DNA of 64,000 bases from a virus (taxonomy: Duplodnaviria > Caudoviricetes). The position numbers and the translations under genes are program-made. The stretch lies in IMG/VR virus record IMGVR_UViG_2724679705_000002, positions 2,069 to 66,068 of that record; one strand, given 5' to 3'. Within the stretch, counting starts at the first letter, position 1. Each line of letters begins with the position of its first letter. Below, piece after piece: positions 55,902 through 64,000 of the stretch. The notes under the pieces were generated by a model. That model saw nothing but the letters and a program-made list of their open reading frames with translations. It was not told the origin of the DNA and did no database searches.

Positions 55902-56785
55902 GGCGCCACCCCCGCGGTCAGGGTTACGGCCGTGGCGCGGGCGACGCCGGTGGCGCCCGGATCCACGTCGCCCGCCGGGGACGTCAGGGTCACGGCCTCG
56001 ACGCCCGCCTGGTGCAGCCGGGCGATCAGCGCGCTGCGGCGCACCGCGCGGCCGACGGCGCGGGCCTCGTCCAGATAGGCGGTGACGGCGGCCTGGGCCG
56101 CGGCCCGCGCGATCTCGGCGCCGGGCGATCCGGGCACGATCAGATGGGCCGTGACGGCAAAGTCGGCGAATGTCGGCGCGGCCACGGCCACGTCGTCGCA
56201 CAGCGGCCGGACCTCCTGCAGGACGGCGGTCACGGCCGCCAGCAGATCCGGCGCCGGGGCGCCGTCATCGTCGTGGGACAGGATCGTGACGACAACCCGG
56301 CCGGGCGTCGGGCTGGTGACGCCGGCATCGCGAACGCGGCCGTCCGCGCTGAGCGCGTGATAGACATAGCTGCCGGCGGTCCCCGCGTTGGTCAGGCCTT
56401 CGGGCGACATCTGCGCCCGGCGGCGGAGCGCGGCGTCAGTTTCCAGGACGGCCGCCACCGGCGGCACCGCGTCGGGATCGGCCTCGACGATCACCTGCCG
56501 TTCGACGCCCGTCAGCGCGGCCAGGCCGTCCAGATCGGCGCCGGTCGAGGTGGCCAGGATCACGGCGCGCACGCTGTCGTTGACGCGCGCGCGCAGCAGC
56601 AGCTCGCGATAGGCACCCGCCTGAAGGATCTTGAGGATCGTGCTGCTTTCCAGCTCCAGCTCGCTTGCGGTCTCGGGGGCCAGGGCGATCATGACCTGCT
56701 TCATCGCGCCGAGGATCGTCTCGTAATCCAGCGCCTCGACCGCGTCGGGCAAAGGCAAGCGGGACAGATCGACGGGTGTCGTCAT
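55898..56785 (-). CDS. Baseplate J-like protein
   Basis: VDLSRLPLPDAVEALDYE...TGADLD.LA...AG..GSYVYHALSAD. Confidence 0.92.
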   Translation of the reverse strand: MTTPVDLSRLPLPDAVEALDYETILGAMKQVMIALAPETASELELESSTILKILQAGAYRELLLRARVNDSVRAVILATSTGADLDGLAALTGVERQVIVEADPDAVPPVAAVLETDAALRRRAQMSPEGLTNAGTAGSYVYHALSADGRVRDAGVTSPTPGRVVVTILSHDDDGAPAPDLLAAVTAVLQEVRPLCDDVAVAAPTFADFAVTAHLIVPGSPGAEIARAAAQAAVTAYLDEARAVGRAVRRSALIARLHQAGVEAVTLTSPAGDVDPGATGVARATAVTLTAGVAP

Positions 56786-57120
56786 GCCGGGCCACCGATC
56801 CGGACCGCGACGGACCGGGCCGCGCCGTCCTGCTCGCCGTCCAGCAGGATTTCGAACGCGCCGACCTCGGCCGCGATCAGTTGCACACGCGTCAGCCGAA
56901 AGCGCGGCTCCCAGCGGTCGATGGCGTCCGCGCTTTCGGCGAACACATCGATGACGGTTTCGCCGTTCATGGGGGCATCCAGAAGGTCGGGCAGGTTCGA
57001 CCCATAGTCGCGCCGCATCACGCGGGTGCCCAGGGGCGTGGTCAGGATATCGGCGATCGATTGCGCCAGATGCGCATCGCCGTCGAGCATCCTGCCCGTG
57101 TGGCGCGACATGCCGATCAT
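56782..57120 (-). CDS. GPW/gp25 baseplate wedge protein
   Basis: HLAQSIADILTTPLGTRVMRRDYGS...RWEPR. Confidence 0.93.
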   Translation of the reverse strand: MIGMSRHTGRMLDGDAHLAQSIADILTTPLGTRVMRRDYGSNLPDLLDAPMNGETVIDVFAESADAIDRWEPRFRLTRVQLIAAEVGAFEILLDGEQDGAARSVAVRIGGPA

Positions 57121-57323
57121 GCGTCGGTCCCGGTCCGGGTCTCGGGCCGGCCCTTGGCGCGGCGCGCCGGCTCGGCCTGGGCGTCCGCGTCGTCCGATAC
57201 CACCGGATCGACCGGCTCATAGCGCGCCTCGCGCTCGGTCAGGCGCACGACATCGCCCGCCTTCGCGGGGCGGCCGGCGATCCAGGCCTCAGTGCGCACA
57301 ATGTAATCCCGCTTTTCCGTCAT
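57117..57323 (-). CDS. Small hypothetical baseplate-region protein
   Basis: 68 aa, 4-nt overlaps with both neighbours. Confidence 0.65.
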   Translation of the reverse strand: MTEKRDYIVRTEAWIAGRPAKAGDVVRLTEREARYEPVDPVVSDDADAQAEPARRAKGRPETRTGTDA

Positions 57324-57751
57324 TTCGGTTTTCCCGTGTTATCGGGGCCTCCCTGGACCCCGCCATGCACATGCCCGACCAGCGATATCCCCGAGGCGGT
57401 GACATCGCCCGTCACCTCGATCGAGCCCTCTACCCGCATCACGCCGCCGGCCAAGGCGATCAGCGGCACGCCCGCGTCCGACGACGGGGCGTTGCCCGCG
57501 AAGATGCCGCACAGGATCACGCCCTGGCCGATGTCGCCGCCGGGGCAGCCGACCAGCACCTGCTCGCCGACCTGGGGCAGCCACCAGAAGGACAGCGCGC
57601 CGGCCCGCAGCTGGCCGACCGGCAGGTCCGGCGATTGCAGATCCCCGAAATCGACCCGCGCCCGCGCGGCCCCGGCGTTGACCGCGCTGACCGTGCCGAT
57701 CATCAGGATGTTGGCGGCGCGGCGGTCGTTCTCGGCGGCGGACCAGCTCAT
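57320..57751 (-). CDS. Baseplate spike gpV-like
   Basis: IGTV.AV...RARV...W.PQVGEQV; C-terminal HVH metal-binding tip. Confidence 0.9.
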   Translation of the reverse strand: MSWSAAENDRRAANILMIGTVSAVNAGAARARVDFGDLQSPDLPVGQLRAGALSFWWLPQVGEQVLVGCPGGDIGQGVILCGIFAGNAPSSDAGVPLIALAGGVMRVEGSIEVTGDVTASGISLVGHVHGGVQGGPDNTGKPK

Positions 57752-58302
57752 GGGTTGCCCCCGACCAGGACATAGTCGTCCTCGTGCGCGGCGCCGATCC
57801 GGGGCGCCCAGCCGACATACAGCTGCGGGGTGATCGGCTCGGGTTCGGGATGGGCCTCCAGCGCGACACGCTGCCGCCAGGTGACGGCCCAGAGCGCGAT
57901 GCCTTCCTTCAGGACGTCGGTCGTGACCAGCGAATGCTCGGTCAGGTCGGACACCTCGCCCACGCCCTCGGCGTCGATCTCCAGATCCGGCAGGCGGGTC
58001 AGCAGGGCCTGGGTGATCGTGGCGGCGGCGGTGTTGCGGTCCAGGCCCAGGGCATCCTTGGTCACGACAAAGGCCGCCAGGTCGACCAGGTAATGGCGGT
58101 GGGGACCGGCCAGGGCCTGCGCGACGCGCGTGCCGAACCGCGACACCAGGACGGCGGGCGCGGCGATGCCCAGGCGCTTGACCTCGGCCAGCTCGATCCG
58201 GCCGACCACGCCCTTGCAGGTCGCCAGATCGGGCAGCCAGCCCTGCACCTCGGCGGCGACCAGGCCGGGCAGCGTGGCCAGCAGGTCGGGGCGCAGGCTC
58301 AT
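57748..58302 (-). CDS. Mu gp37-like tail terminator
   Basis: Position; GIALWAVTWRQ motif. Confidence 0.65.
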   Translation of the reverse strand: MSLRPDLLATLPGLVAAEVQGWLPDLATCKGVVGRIELAEVKRLGIAAPAVLVSRFGTRVAQALAGPHRHYLVDLAAFVVTKDALGLDRNTAAATITQALLTRLPDLEIDAEGVGEVSDLTEHSLVTTDVLKEGIALWAVTWRQRVALEAHPEPEPITPQLYVGWAPRIGAAHEDDYVLVGGNP

Positions 58303-58739
58303 TGCAGCATCCCTTCCAGGCCATCGACCACCAGCGCCTCGATCTCGCGGCGGTTCTCGCCCGACAGGCCCAGATACGGGCGGGCGGGGATCGCGCCGTC
58401 GTCGGACCCGACCTGGTGGACGCGGCCATAGACCAGGTTGGTGCCGACGATCGCGGCGTCGGCGGTGGAATGATTGGCGATGCTTTCCAGCAGGCCGGGG
58501 TTGCCCACATCGACCAGCAGCGAATGACGAGCGGACCGGGTGGCGGCATAGGCGTCCGACCAGGGCGCCCAGGGCGCGCCGTCGGGATCGGTCTTCTCGT
58601 CGGCGATCCGGGTCTTGGTCTGCGTGACCATCAGCTCGCCGATGGCGAACACCAAGGTTTCCAGATCCTCGGCCGAAAGCTCGGCCAGGCGGCGGGCGCC
58701 GGACAGGTCGGGGGTGACGCTGATGTTGATTCCGGCCAT
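58299..58739 (-). CDS. Phage virion morphogenesis protein (Mu gpG/P2 gpS-like)
   Basis: PDGAPWAPWS, VGTNLVYGRVHQ.G and IPARPYLGLS motifs. Confidence 0.9.
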   Translation of the reverse strand: MAGINISVTPDLSGARRLAELSAEDLETLVFAIGELMVTQTKTRIADEKTDPDGAPWAPWSDAYAATRSARHSLLVDVGNPGLLESIANHSTADAAIVGTNLVYGRVHQVGSDDGAIPARPYLGLSGENRREIEALVVDGLEGMLQ

Positions 58740-59185
58740 CAGAAATCCCGCATGGCGCCGCGCGTGAACAGGCGCGGGGGTCCGCTGGCCACGATCGGGC
58801 GCGGGCCGGTCATCTCGGGGGCGTCGGGATCGGTGGGCGCGTCCGGATCGGCCGGCAGGACCAGCGCGGCCTTGCCTTCGGCGATCCGGCGCAGATGCGC
58901 GACCGCGTCCTCGTACCGGCGCCGGTGTTCCTCGGTCAGCACGTCGGCCGACAGCGCCAGGCGATAGACGGCGATGTCGACGCAATGCTGGCGCAGGATG
59001 CCCGGCACCGCGGCCAGGGGCAGCGCATGGCGCACGCCTACATGGCTGTCGATCTCGTCCGAGGCCGACACAAGTGCGCGATCCACCGCCGCCGCATCGA
59101 CTGTGCCGTCGTTGTCGCGATCCGCCACATACAGGGCGGACGGGCCGTAAAGATCGACGATGTCGGGGGCGGTGGCGTAGGACAT
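58739..59185 (-). CDS. Mu gp36/DUF1320 head-tail connector
   Basis: MSYAT..D...ASDEIDS...LRQHCVDIAVYRL...RYEDA...LRRIAEGK. Confidence 0.9.
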   Translation of the reverse strand: MSYATAPDIVDLYGPSALYVADRDNDGTVDAAAVDRALVSASDEIDSHVGVRHALPLAAVPGILRQHCVDIAVYRLALSADVLTEEHRRRYEDAVAHLRRIAEGKAALVLPADPDAPTDPDAPEMTGPRPIVASGPPRLFTRGAMRDF

Positions 59186-59343
59186 GGGTTCCTGCGGGTG
59201 AAAAGGGTGCCGGTCTCTCCCGGCCGTCACGCCCCCTTACGACGTTCGCGTCCGGGTCCGCCCCCGGCCGGCCTACTCGAACCGCCCATCCGTGCCCTCA
59301 ATGGCCTATGGGATGGGATCGCGACGGGTTCTTTCGCCTGGGA

Positions 59344-59706
59344 TCACTCGACCGGCTTGACCCCGGCCCAGACCTGATCGCGCAGCTCGGCGGTGATCTG
59401 GTCCTTGGCTTCCGGCAGGGCTGCCCGAAGCGCGTCCAGCCTGGGCTTGCCGTCCTTGCCGAAGCTGTCGGCCTCCAGCCCGGCGATCATCGCCTTGAGC
59501 CGATCGCCCAGATCGTCGGTCTGGACCTGCGCGATCTCGGCCTCGTCCGGGGCCGGGCCGACATGCAGCATCGGCTCCCCGGCCAGCAGCGCCCATTCGT
59601 CGTCGCTGAATTCGGCCTGCTCGACCACGACGCCCGCCTTCGTCCAGCCCCGGCCCAGGCGGAAGAACGGGCCGGGATCGGCGACGGTCTTGACCAGGAT
59701 CCTCAT
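59344..59706 (-). CDS. HI1506-like Mu-type head protein
   Basis: FFRLGRGW....LAGEPMLHV; directly after gpT. Confidence 0.65.
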   Translation of the reverse strand: MRILVKTVADPGPFFRLGRGWTKAGVVVEQAEFSDDEWALLAGEPMLHVGPAPDEAEIAQVQTDDLGDRLKAMIAGLEADSFGKDGKPRLDALRAALPEAKDQITAELRDQVWAGVKPVE

Positions 59707-59717
59707 CGCGCCCTCCC

Positions 59718-60638
59718 TCACAGCCAGTCCGACACGATCGTGTCGACGGCCTTGTAATGGACGTTGCTTTCGCCGCCCGTCAGGTTGGCCTTGGCGATCA
59801 GCTCGTCCGCCGCGCTGCGCAGCGACCGCGGCACGACCAGGACGTTCGGGTTCATGCCCAGCGGCCGCCCGCCATCCGCCTTGAAACCCGCCATGGCGTC
59901 GCGGGCCGTCACAAAGTTTGGCACGCTCAGCGCCGCCTTCGAGCAATAGGCCATCTGCCAGAAGCCGTATCCGCCGTTGCAGCGATAGCGGATGCCGTGG
60001 ACGTAGCGGTCGGCCATGAACACCTGGTCCGAATTGGCCGGGTTGGTCTTGTGCTCGAACTCGGGCTTCGTGCGTTCCTGGAAGATGAAGGGCTTGAGCG
60101 GCTTTCGGGTATCCAGCAGATACCAGGCCGGGCCCGGCGCGCCGCCGCCGCTGTCGTAGTTCGACACGGTCGCGGCCGTGCCGGTGCCGTCGACGTTGGG
60201 ATAGACCGGATGGTCGGTGTCGAAGAAGTACTGCCCGTCATAGCAGGTGGCGGTCGTGCCCGCCGCCATCAGGGCGGCGATGATCTTGTCGGGATGCTGG
60301 GCCGCTTCCTGGCCCATGCTCGCCGCCACGGTGCCATAGTGCCCGTATTGATCGTCCTCGATCGCGGTCCGCGCGACGCCCAGGGTGGCCTCGTAGAGGC
60401 GGTTCGAGACCTGATAGCCGTGGGCCTTCATGTCGCGCAACACGCGCTCGCCCACCCATTCCTGCAACGTCGGGAAATCGCCCAGCCAGGAATAGGTGTT
60501 GGTCGCGGTGCTGGACGGCACCGTGGTTGCGATCCGCTCGAAGACCGCCTCGGCGCGGGCGGCGGCATAGGCGTCCTTGAAGGCCTTTTGCAAGACGGTG
60601 TTCAGCGCCACGAGCAGCGCGGGGGTGATGATCGCCAT
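59718..60638 (-). CDS. Mu-like major head subunit gpT
   Basis: YSWLGDFP.LQEWVGER, FFDTDHP, WYLLDT..P.KP.IFQ and GFWQMA motifs. Confidence 0.95.
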   Translation of the reverse strand: MAIITPALLVALNTVLQKAFKDAYAAARAEAVFERIATTVPSSTATNTYSWLGDFPTLQEWVGERVLRDMKAHGYQVSNRLYEATLGVARTAIEDDQYGHYGTVAASMGQEAAQHPDKIIAALMAAGTTATCYDGQYFFDTDHPVYPNVDGTGTAATVSNYDSGGGAPGPAWYLLDTRKPLKPFIFQERTKPEFEHKTNPANSDQVFMADRYVHGIRYRCNGGYGFWQMAYCSKAALSVPNFVTARDAMAGFKADGGRPLGMNPNVLVVPRSLRSAADELIAKANLTGGESNVHYKAVDTIVSDWL

Positions 60639-60645
60639 GTTCGGC

Positions 60646-61611
60646 TTACTCCTTCTTGCCCGCGCCGAAGACGACGGCCGGATCCATGTTCATGGCGCGG
60701 CAGACCGCGACCTGTTCGTCGGTGGGACCGGCCGCATCGCCCGGCTTCCTGGCGTCGATGCCCGACCCGGCCGCGATGACCGGGGCCGTGGCCATGGCGG
60801 CCTGGAACCGTTCCAGCCCGCCGTCCGACCGGCAGGCGGCCAGGTGGTATTCGCGCGACGCCGGGGCGACCTTGCCGGCGGCGACAGCGGCATCGAGGGC
60901 GGAATTGATCGCCTCGTCGCGGCGGGTCTTCTCGGCCGTCTCGAAACCGGCGATCCGGTTCAGGGCCAAGTCGTGATCGGCGCGTGGCACGAACTTGTCC
61001 GGATCCGGCATCTTCGCGGCGTTCAGCGCGGTGTCGCGGGTGTCCTTCAGCTTGCCGATGGCCACCACCGCATCGGCGGCACTAGCATTGGCGTTCAGGC
61101 CAAGGGCCTCCAGCAGGGCGGGGTCCAGCATCTCGTCGGTCTCCTGTTCGGCGGCGTTCAGCGCGGCCATGTCGAGGTTGGGGTTGTTGGTCAGGCCGGC
61201 CGACACGATCGCCAGCACCTCGCCGCTGCGGGGATCGTGGCGGAACGCGGGGCTGAGGTAGCGATAGGCGCGCGAGGCAACGGCCACGCGGCCCTCCTCG
61301 GTCCAGTCCATCCGGCCCCAGATCGATCCGTCCCGGCTCTCGATCTCCTCGAACCAGCCGACCGCCGGGGCCGGCTCGCCCTTGGGCGCGCGGATCTGGG
61401 TCGAATGCTCGATGTCGATGTGCGGCTTCTGAATGGATGCGTTGAAGGCCGCCGCCACGGCGGCGGGGTCGGACAGCTTCCAGCGCCGGCCGTCGCGGCC
61501 GAGGATCCGGGGTCCGGCCGGAATGAGCTGGACCCAGTCCGGCGCGGTGCCGTCCTGGGCGTTGAGGGCGATGCCCTGAAGGGTGGATGAACGTCGTGCC
61601 ATGCCGATCAT
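60646..61611 (-). CDS. Mu-like prohead protease I with scaffold
   Basis: WVQLIPAG..GRDGR, DIEH, PAVGW and YRYLSPAF...AGLTNNPNL motifs. Confidence 0.93.
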   Translation of the reverse strand: MIGMARRSSTLQGIALNAQDGTAPDWVQLIPAGPRILGRDGRRWKLSDPAAVAAAFNASIQKPHIDIEHSTQIRAPKGEPAPAVGWFEEIESRDGSIWGRMDWTEEGRVAVASRAYRYLSPAFRHDPRSGEVLAIVSAGLTNNPNLDMAALNAAEQETDEMLDPALLEALGLNANASAADAVVAIGKLKDTRDTALNAAKMPDPDKFVPRADHDLALNRIAGFETAEKTRRDEAINSALDAAVAAGKVAPASREYHLAACRSDGGLERFQAAMATAPVIAAGSGIDARKPGDAAGPTDEQVAVCRAMNMDPAVVFGAGKKE

Positions 61612-62330
61612 CTGGCATGGCCGGACGGCGAAGTGCCCCGTAAAGCACTTCAGGGGGTGGCGAGGATTTCCGGGGGATTTCGGAAGGCCGCGTCAGAGCG
61701 CCGTTGAGCGGCCTCTTTGCCCGAATGGTAGCCGCACCTGTGACGGTCCGACAAGGCCCTTCAAACGGTATTCAAATCGCCTCTCAGGGGCCGTTCGGCC
61801 GACGAGGGCATGGCACCGTTGCAAAAACCGGCCGGTGCGCCTATGTTCGTGGTGCGCCTGAGCCAATTTTCCCGTCGAACCGGACATGAGCCGTGGGGGA
61901 TGTGACGTCCCCCCAGGCGCATCAATCCCTCCAAATCTGTCCGCTGCCCAAAAGCCTGCGCAGATAGCGCGCGGACGCCAGCCGATGGCGAGCCACGGCA
62001 GATCGGGGTTCTTTTCGACAAAGGCCAGATGCGTGTCGTCCTGATACAGGCCCGGCGGCCCTGCAACCGCGTGCTCGGCGGTCGAGATCCAGCCAGGACG
62101 AAGACTCGTGCAACCGCTTCGGTTCGCGTTCCAGCGGTTGGGTCCAGCGTCACGGTCAGGTCGAAGGCGAAGATCACGCGCCACGCGCCCACGGGGCCGA
62201 CCAAGCCCGGACACTGGACAATGGATGGTTCGCAATCTGACTGTCACGCCATCCACAGGCTTGAGCCAAACGGGCAGGTGGCCACGCAGGTATGACAGAA
62301 CGCAGCCCGCGAGCAGAAAATAATGAAAAT

Positions 62331-62343
62331 AATCAATAGTTTG
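62331..62343 (+). promoter_or_regulatory. Consensus IHF site
   Basis: AATCAATAGTTTG matches WATCAANNNNTTR in an AT-rich patch. Confidence 0.45.
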
Positions 62344-62432
62344 ATCGATTTTCGGCTGTTCCAGGACCGCCCGCCATCGTCCCTTTCAGACCCACGGCTG
62401 GCCAGAAGGCAATGCCGGATTGGCGGGCGCGG

Positions 62433-63041
62433 TCAGGGGCGCATTCGGTCCAGAGGCACGTTCTGGCCGAAACCGTCCTTTTTGGGAAACATCTGCCGGA
62501 TGTCTGCCTCGGACGGCGCAGTCTCGGCCAGGGCCTTGCGGGCCTCGTGGATGGCGATGTCCCTTTTGATCGTCAGGACGCGACCAAGGATTTGCGGGAT
62601 TTGCAGGGCATGGATGGCGGCGGCGGTGGCGGCCAGCAGCGCCAGCGATTGCACGCCCCGCCGCGCGGCATCGGGAACCTCGATCCCGGCAAGGGGAATC
62701 GGCCAGGCGATGTCGGGCAGGATCGCGATCAGCATCAGCAGCACCACGGCCACCGCGACAAGCGCCAGGATCAGGAACAGCGTTCGAACCGCCTGTGACA
62801 ATTCCCGCGCCAGTTCCTCGATCCTCATCACCGACCGTCCCGAGGATGACAGGCTGCCGATGACCAGCGAAACCGTGGGAAGGATGCTGGCCGCGGCCAG
62901 CCCCAGAAACGTCACCAGCAGCCGCGACGGATCGCCGATCAGCAGGGGCGGGGGCAGGATCGCCCCAGCCGCGGCGCCTGCGATCAGTGCAACGGCCTTT
63001 GATCCTCGAAGCGGCAATCGATTTTCCCGGCAGCGGCCCAT
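62433..63041 (-). CDS. Multi-pass (about 4 TM) membrane protein, moron
   Basis: Four hydrophobic segments; overlaps the upstream ORF; exact start uncertain. Confidence 0.7.
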   Translation of the reverse strand: MGRCRENRLPLRGSKAVALIAGAAAGAILPPPLLIGDPSRLLVTFLGLAAASILPTVSLVIGSLSSSGRSVMRIEELARELSQAVRTLFLILALVAVAVVLLMLIAILPDIAWPIPLAGIEVPDAARRGVQSLALLAATAAAIHALQIPQILGRVLTIKRDIAIHEARKALAETAPSEADIRQMFPKKDGFGQNVPLDRMRP

Positions 63042-64000
63042 TCCCTCAGGGCCTCGACGATCCGCAGCATAGCATCGGTCGGATCAAGAAGGGAGCCTTC
63101 GGCTGCAATATCCCTGACGACCGAAAGCTTGACCATGCCGCCCTGTTCCCGCCCGTCGCCGTGCAGGCCGAGATCGGCCGGATCGACGTTGCGCAGCGCC
63201 TCGTCGATGGCGGCCCTGGGGATGCGGACCGTGCGCCGCCGGTCCTTGACAAAGACCTTGAGCAGGCCTTCTACCCGCCCCCCGTCCGGCACCTCGGCCA
63301 AGAGGCGGGCCAGGGCGTCGTCCTGCCAGCCCATCAGGCGCAGCACGTCAAAGATGGTCGCCCCCGTGTCGCGGGCTTCGCCCGCCGGGCGCCGGAACAG
63401 ATCGTCCATGGGGTACGGACCGGCATCATTCCGATACCGGGGACGGGCCGACAGGGACAGGTCGCCGATTTCGGACAGCCCTTTTTCCCCGGCGGCCGAA
63501 AACCGCGCCAGCAGGACGATCCGTTGCCCAGGATGCAGCTCGCCCGCCTGCCGGAACAGCGCGGTAAAATAGCGTTCCAGGACGGATGCCCTGACCGCCG
63601 CGCTTTCGATCAGGCCGACATGATTGCGGTGGACCGCAAAATACAGCACGCCCCTGACGATTCGGGCGCCCTGCCCGACATCGATGTTCTGCACCAGGAA
63701 TTCGTCCGTGTCGTCGTCCAGCGATTGCAGCACCGCCTGGACATCCGCCCCGGCCCTGAGGTGGATGATCTGCCCGCAAAAGACCGGCCCGTCCCAGGTC
63801 GCGGGCGACGACACTTTGTTCAGCACCACATGGCTGCCGTCTCCGTCCAGATCGATCGCCCTCAGCCGTGCATTCTCGCCGATCCGATGACTGTGTGACC
63901 GCCGCCGCAAGACATCGACCAGCCTGGTCTTGAGATCCGTGCCGTGCAGCGCGCCATCCGCCTTGCATTCGCGATACTGGATGGTCGCCCGTTTCGGCAA
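62984..64000 (-). CDS. Soluble hypothetical protein, moron (start at or beyond window edge)
   Basis: At least 338 codons open; alpha/beta pattern (GVLYFAV..NHVGLIES...LERYF..L). Confidence 0.7.
   Translation of the reverse strand: MPKRATIQYRECKADGALHGTDLKTRLVDVLRRRSHSHRIGENARLRAIDLDGDGSHVVLNKVSSPATWDGPVFCGQIIHLRAGADVQAVLQSLDDDTDEFLVQNIDVGQGARIVRGVLYFAVHRNHVGLIESAAVRASVLERYFTALFRQAGELHPGQRIVLLARFSAAGEKGLSEIGDLSLSARPRYRNDAGPYPMDDLFRRPAGEARDTGATIFDVLRLMGWQDDALARLLAEVPDGGRVEGLLKVFVKDRRRTVRIPRAAIDEALRNVDPADLGLHGDGREQGGMVKLSVVRDIAAEGSLLDPTDAMLRIVEALREWAAAGKIDCRFEDQRPLH

Larger units (their letters stand above)
42807..64000 (-). mobile_element. Prophage 2: Mu-like transposable prophage with P2-like contractile tail (continues beyond window)
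   Basis: Mu-type protease I/gpT/gp36/gpG/gp37 head-neck genes, P2-type V-W-J-I-FI-FII-E-T-U-X-D tail genes, Mu-like right end at 42807. Confidence 0.88.

Noticed and set aside
61693-62256. ORFs in the gap upstream of protease I (61693-62256, 61761-62204)
   Set aside because: No RBS or recognisable motif and mostly low-complexity translations; at most a gene remnant.

Overview
GC-rich alphaproteobacterial (Rhodobacteraceae-like) window made almost entirely of two abutting prophages, both mainly on the minus strand. (1) 1..42712 is a lambda-head/GTA-tail siphoviral prophage. It runs from a tyrosine integrase through xis, VRR-NUC, an initiator with iterons, a dual-frame C5 methyltransferase, hsdMSR plus HEPN, a lambda-like cos, two ParB-MTases, terminase, head and an RcGTA g12-g15-like tail. 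It ends at a 3' tRNA-fMet fragment (att). A cargo hotspot between integrase and att holds an ORFan, a HEPN-LprI fusion and a retron-like operon: structured RNA, an unannotated 46-aa small protein with a hairpin-masked RBS, an XRE-HTH and a WVDD reverse transcriptase. (2) 42807..>64000 is a Mu-like transposable prophage with a P2-like contractile tail. Its right end is recognisable by Mu R1/R2-like sites. It carries a VPLPA-CTERM moron, an Ig/PKD/beta-helix accessory block and a soluble plus 4TM gene pair, and shows three reading-frame lesions. All calls come from motif reading only; no database searches were run.
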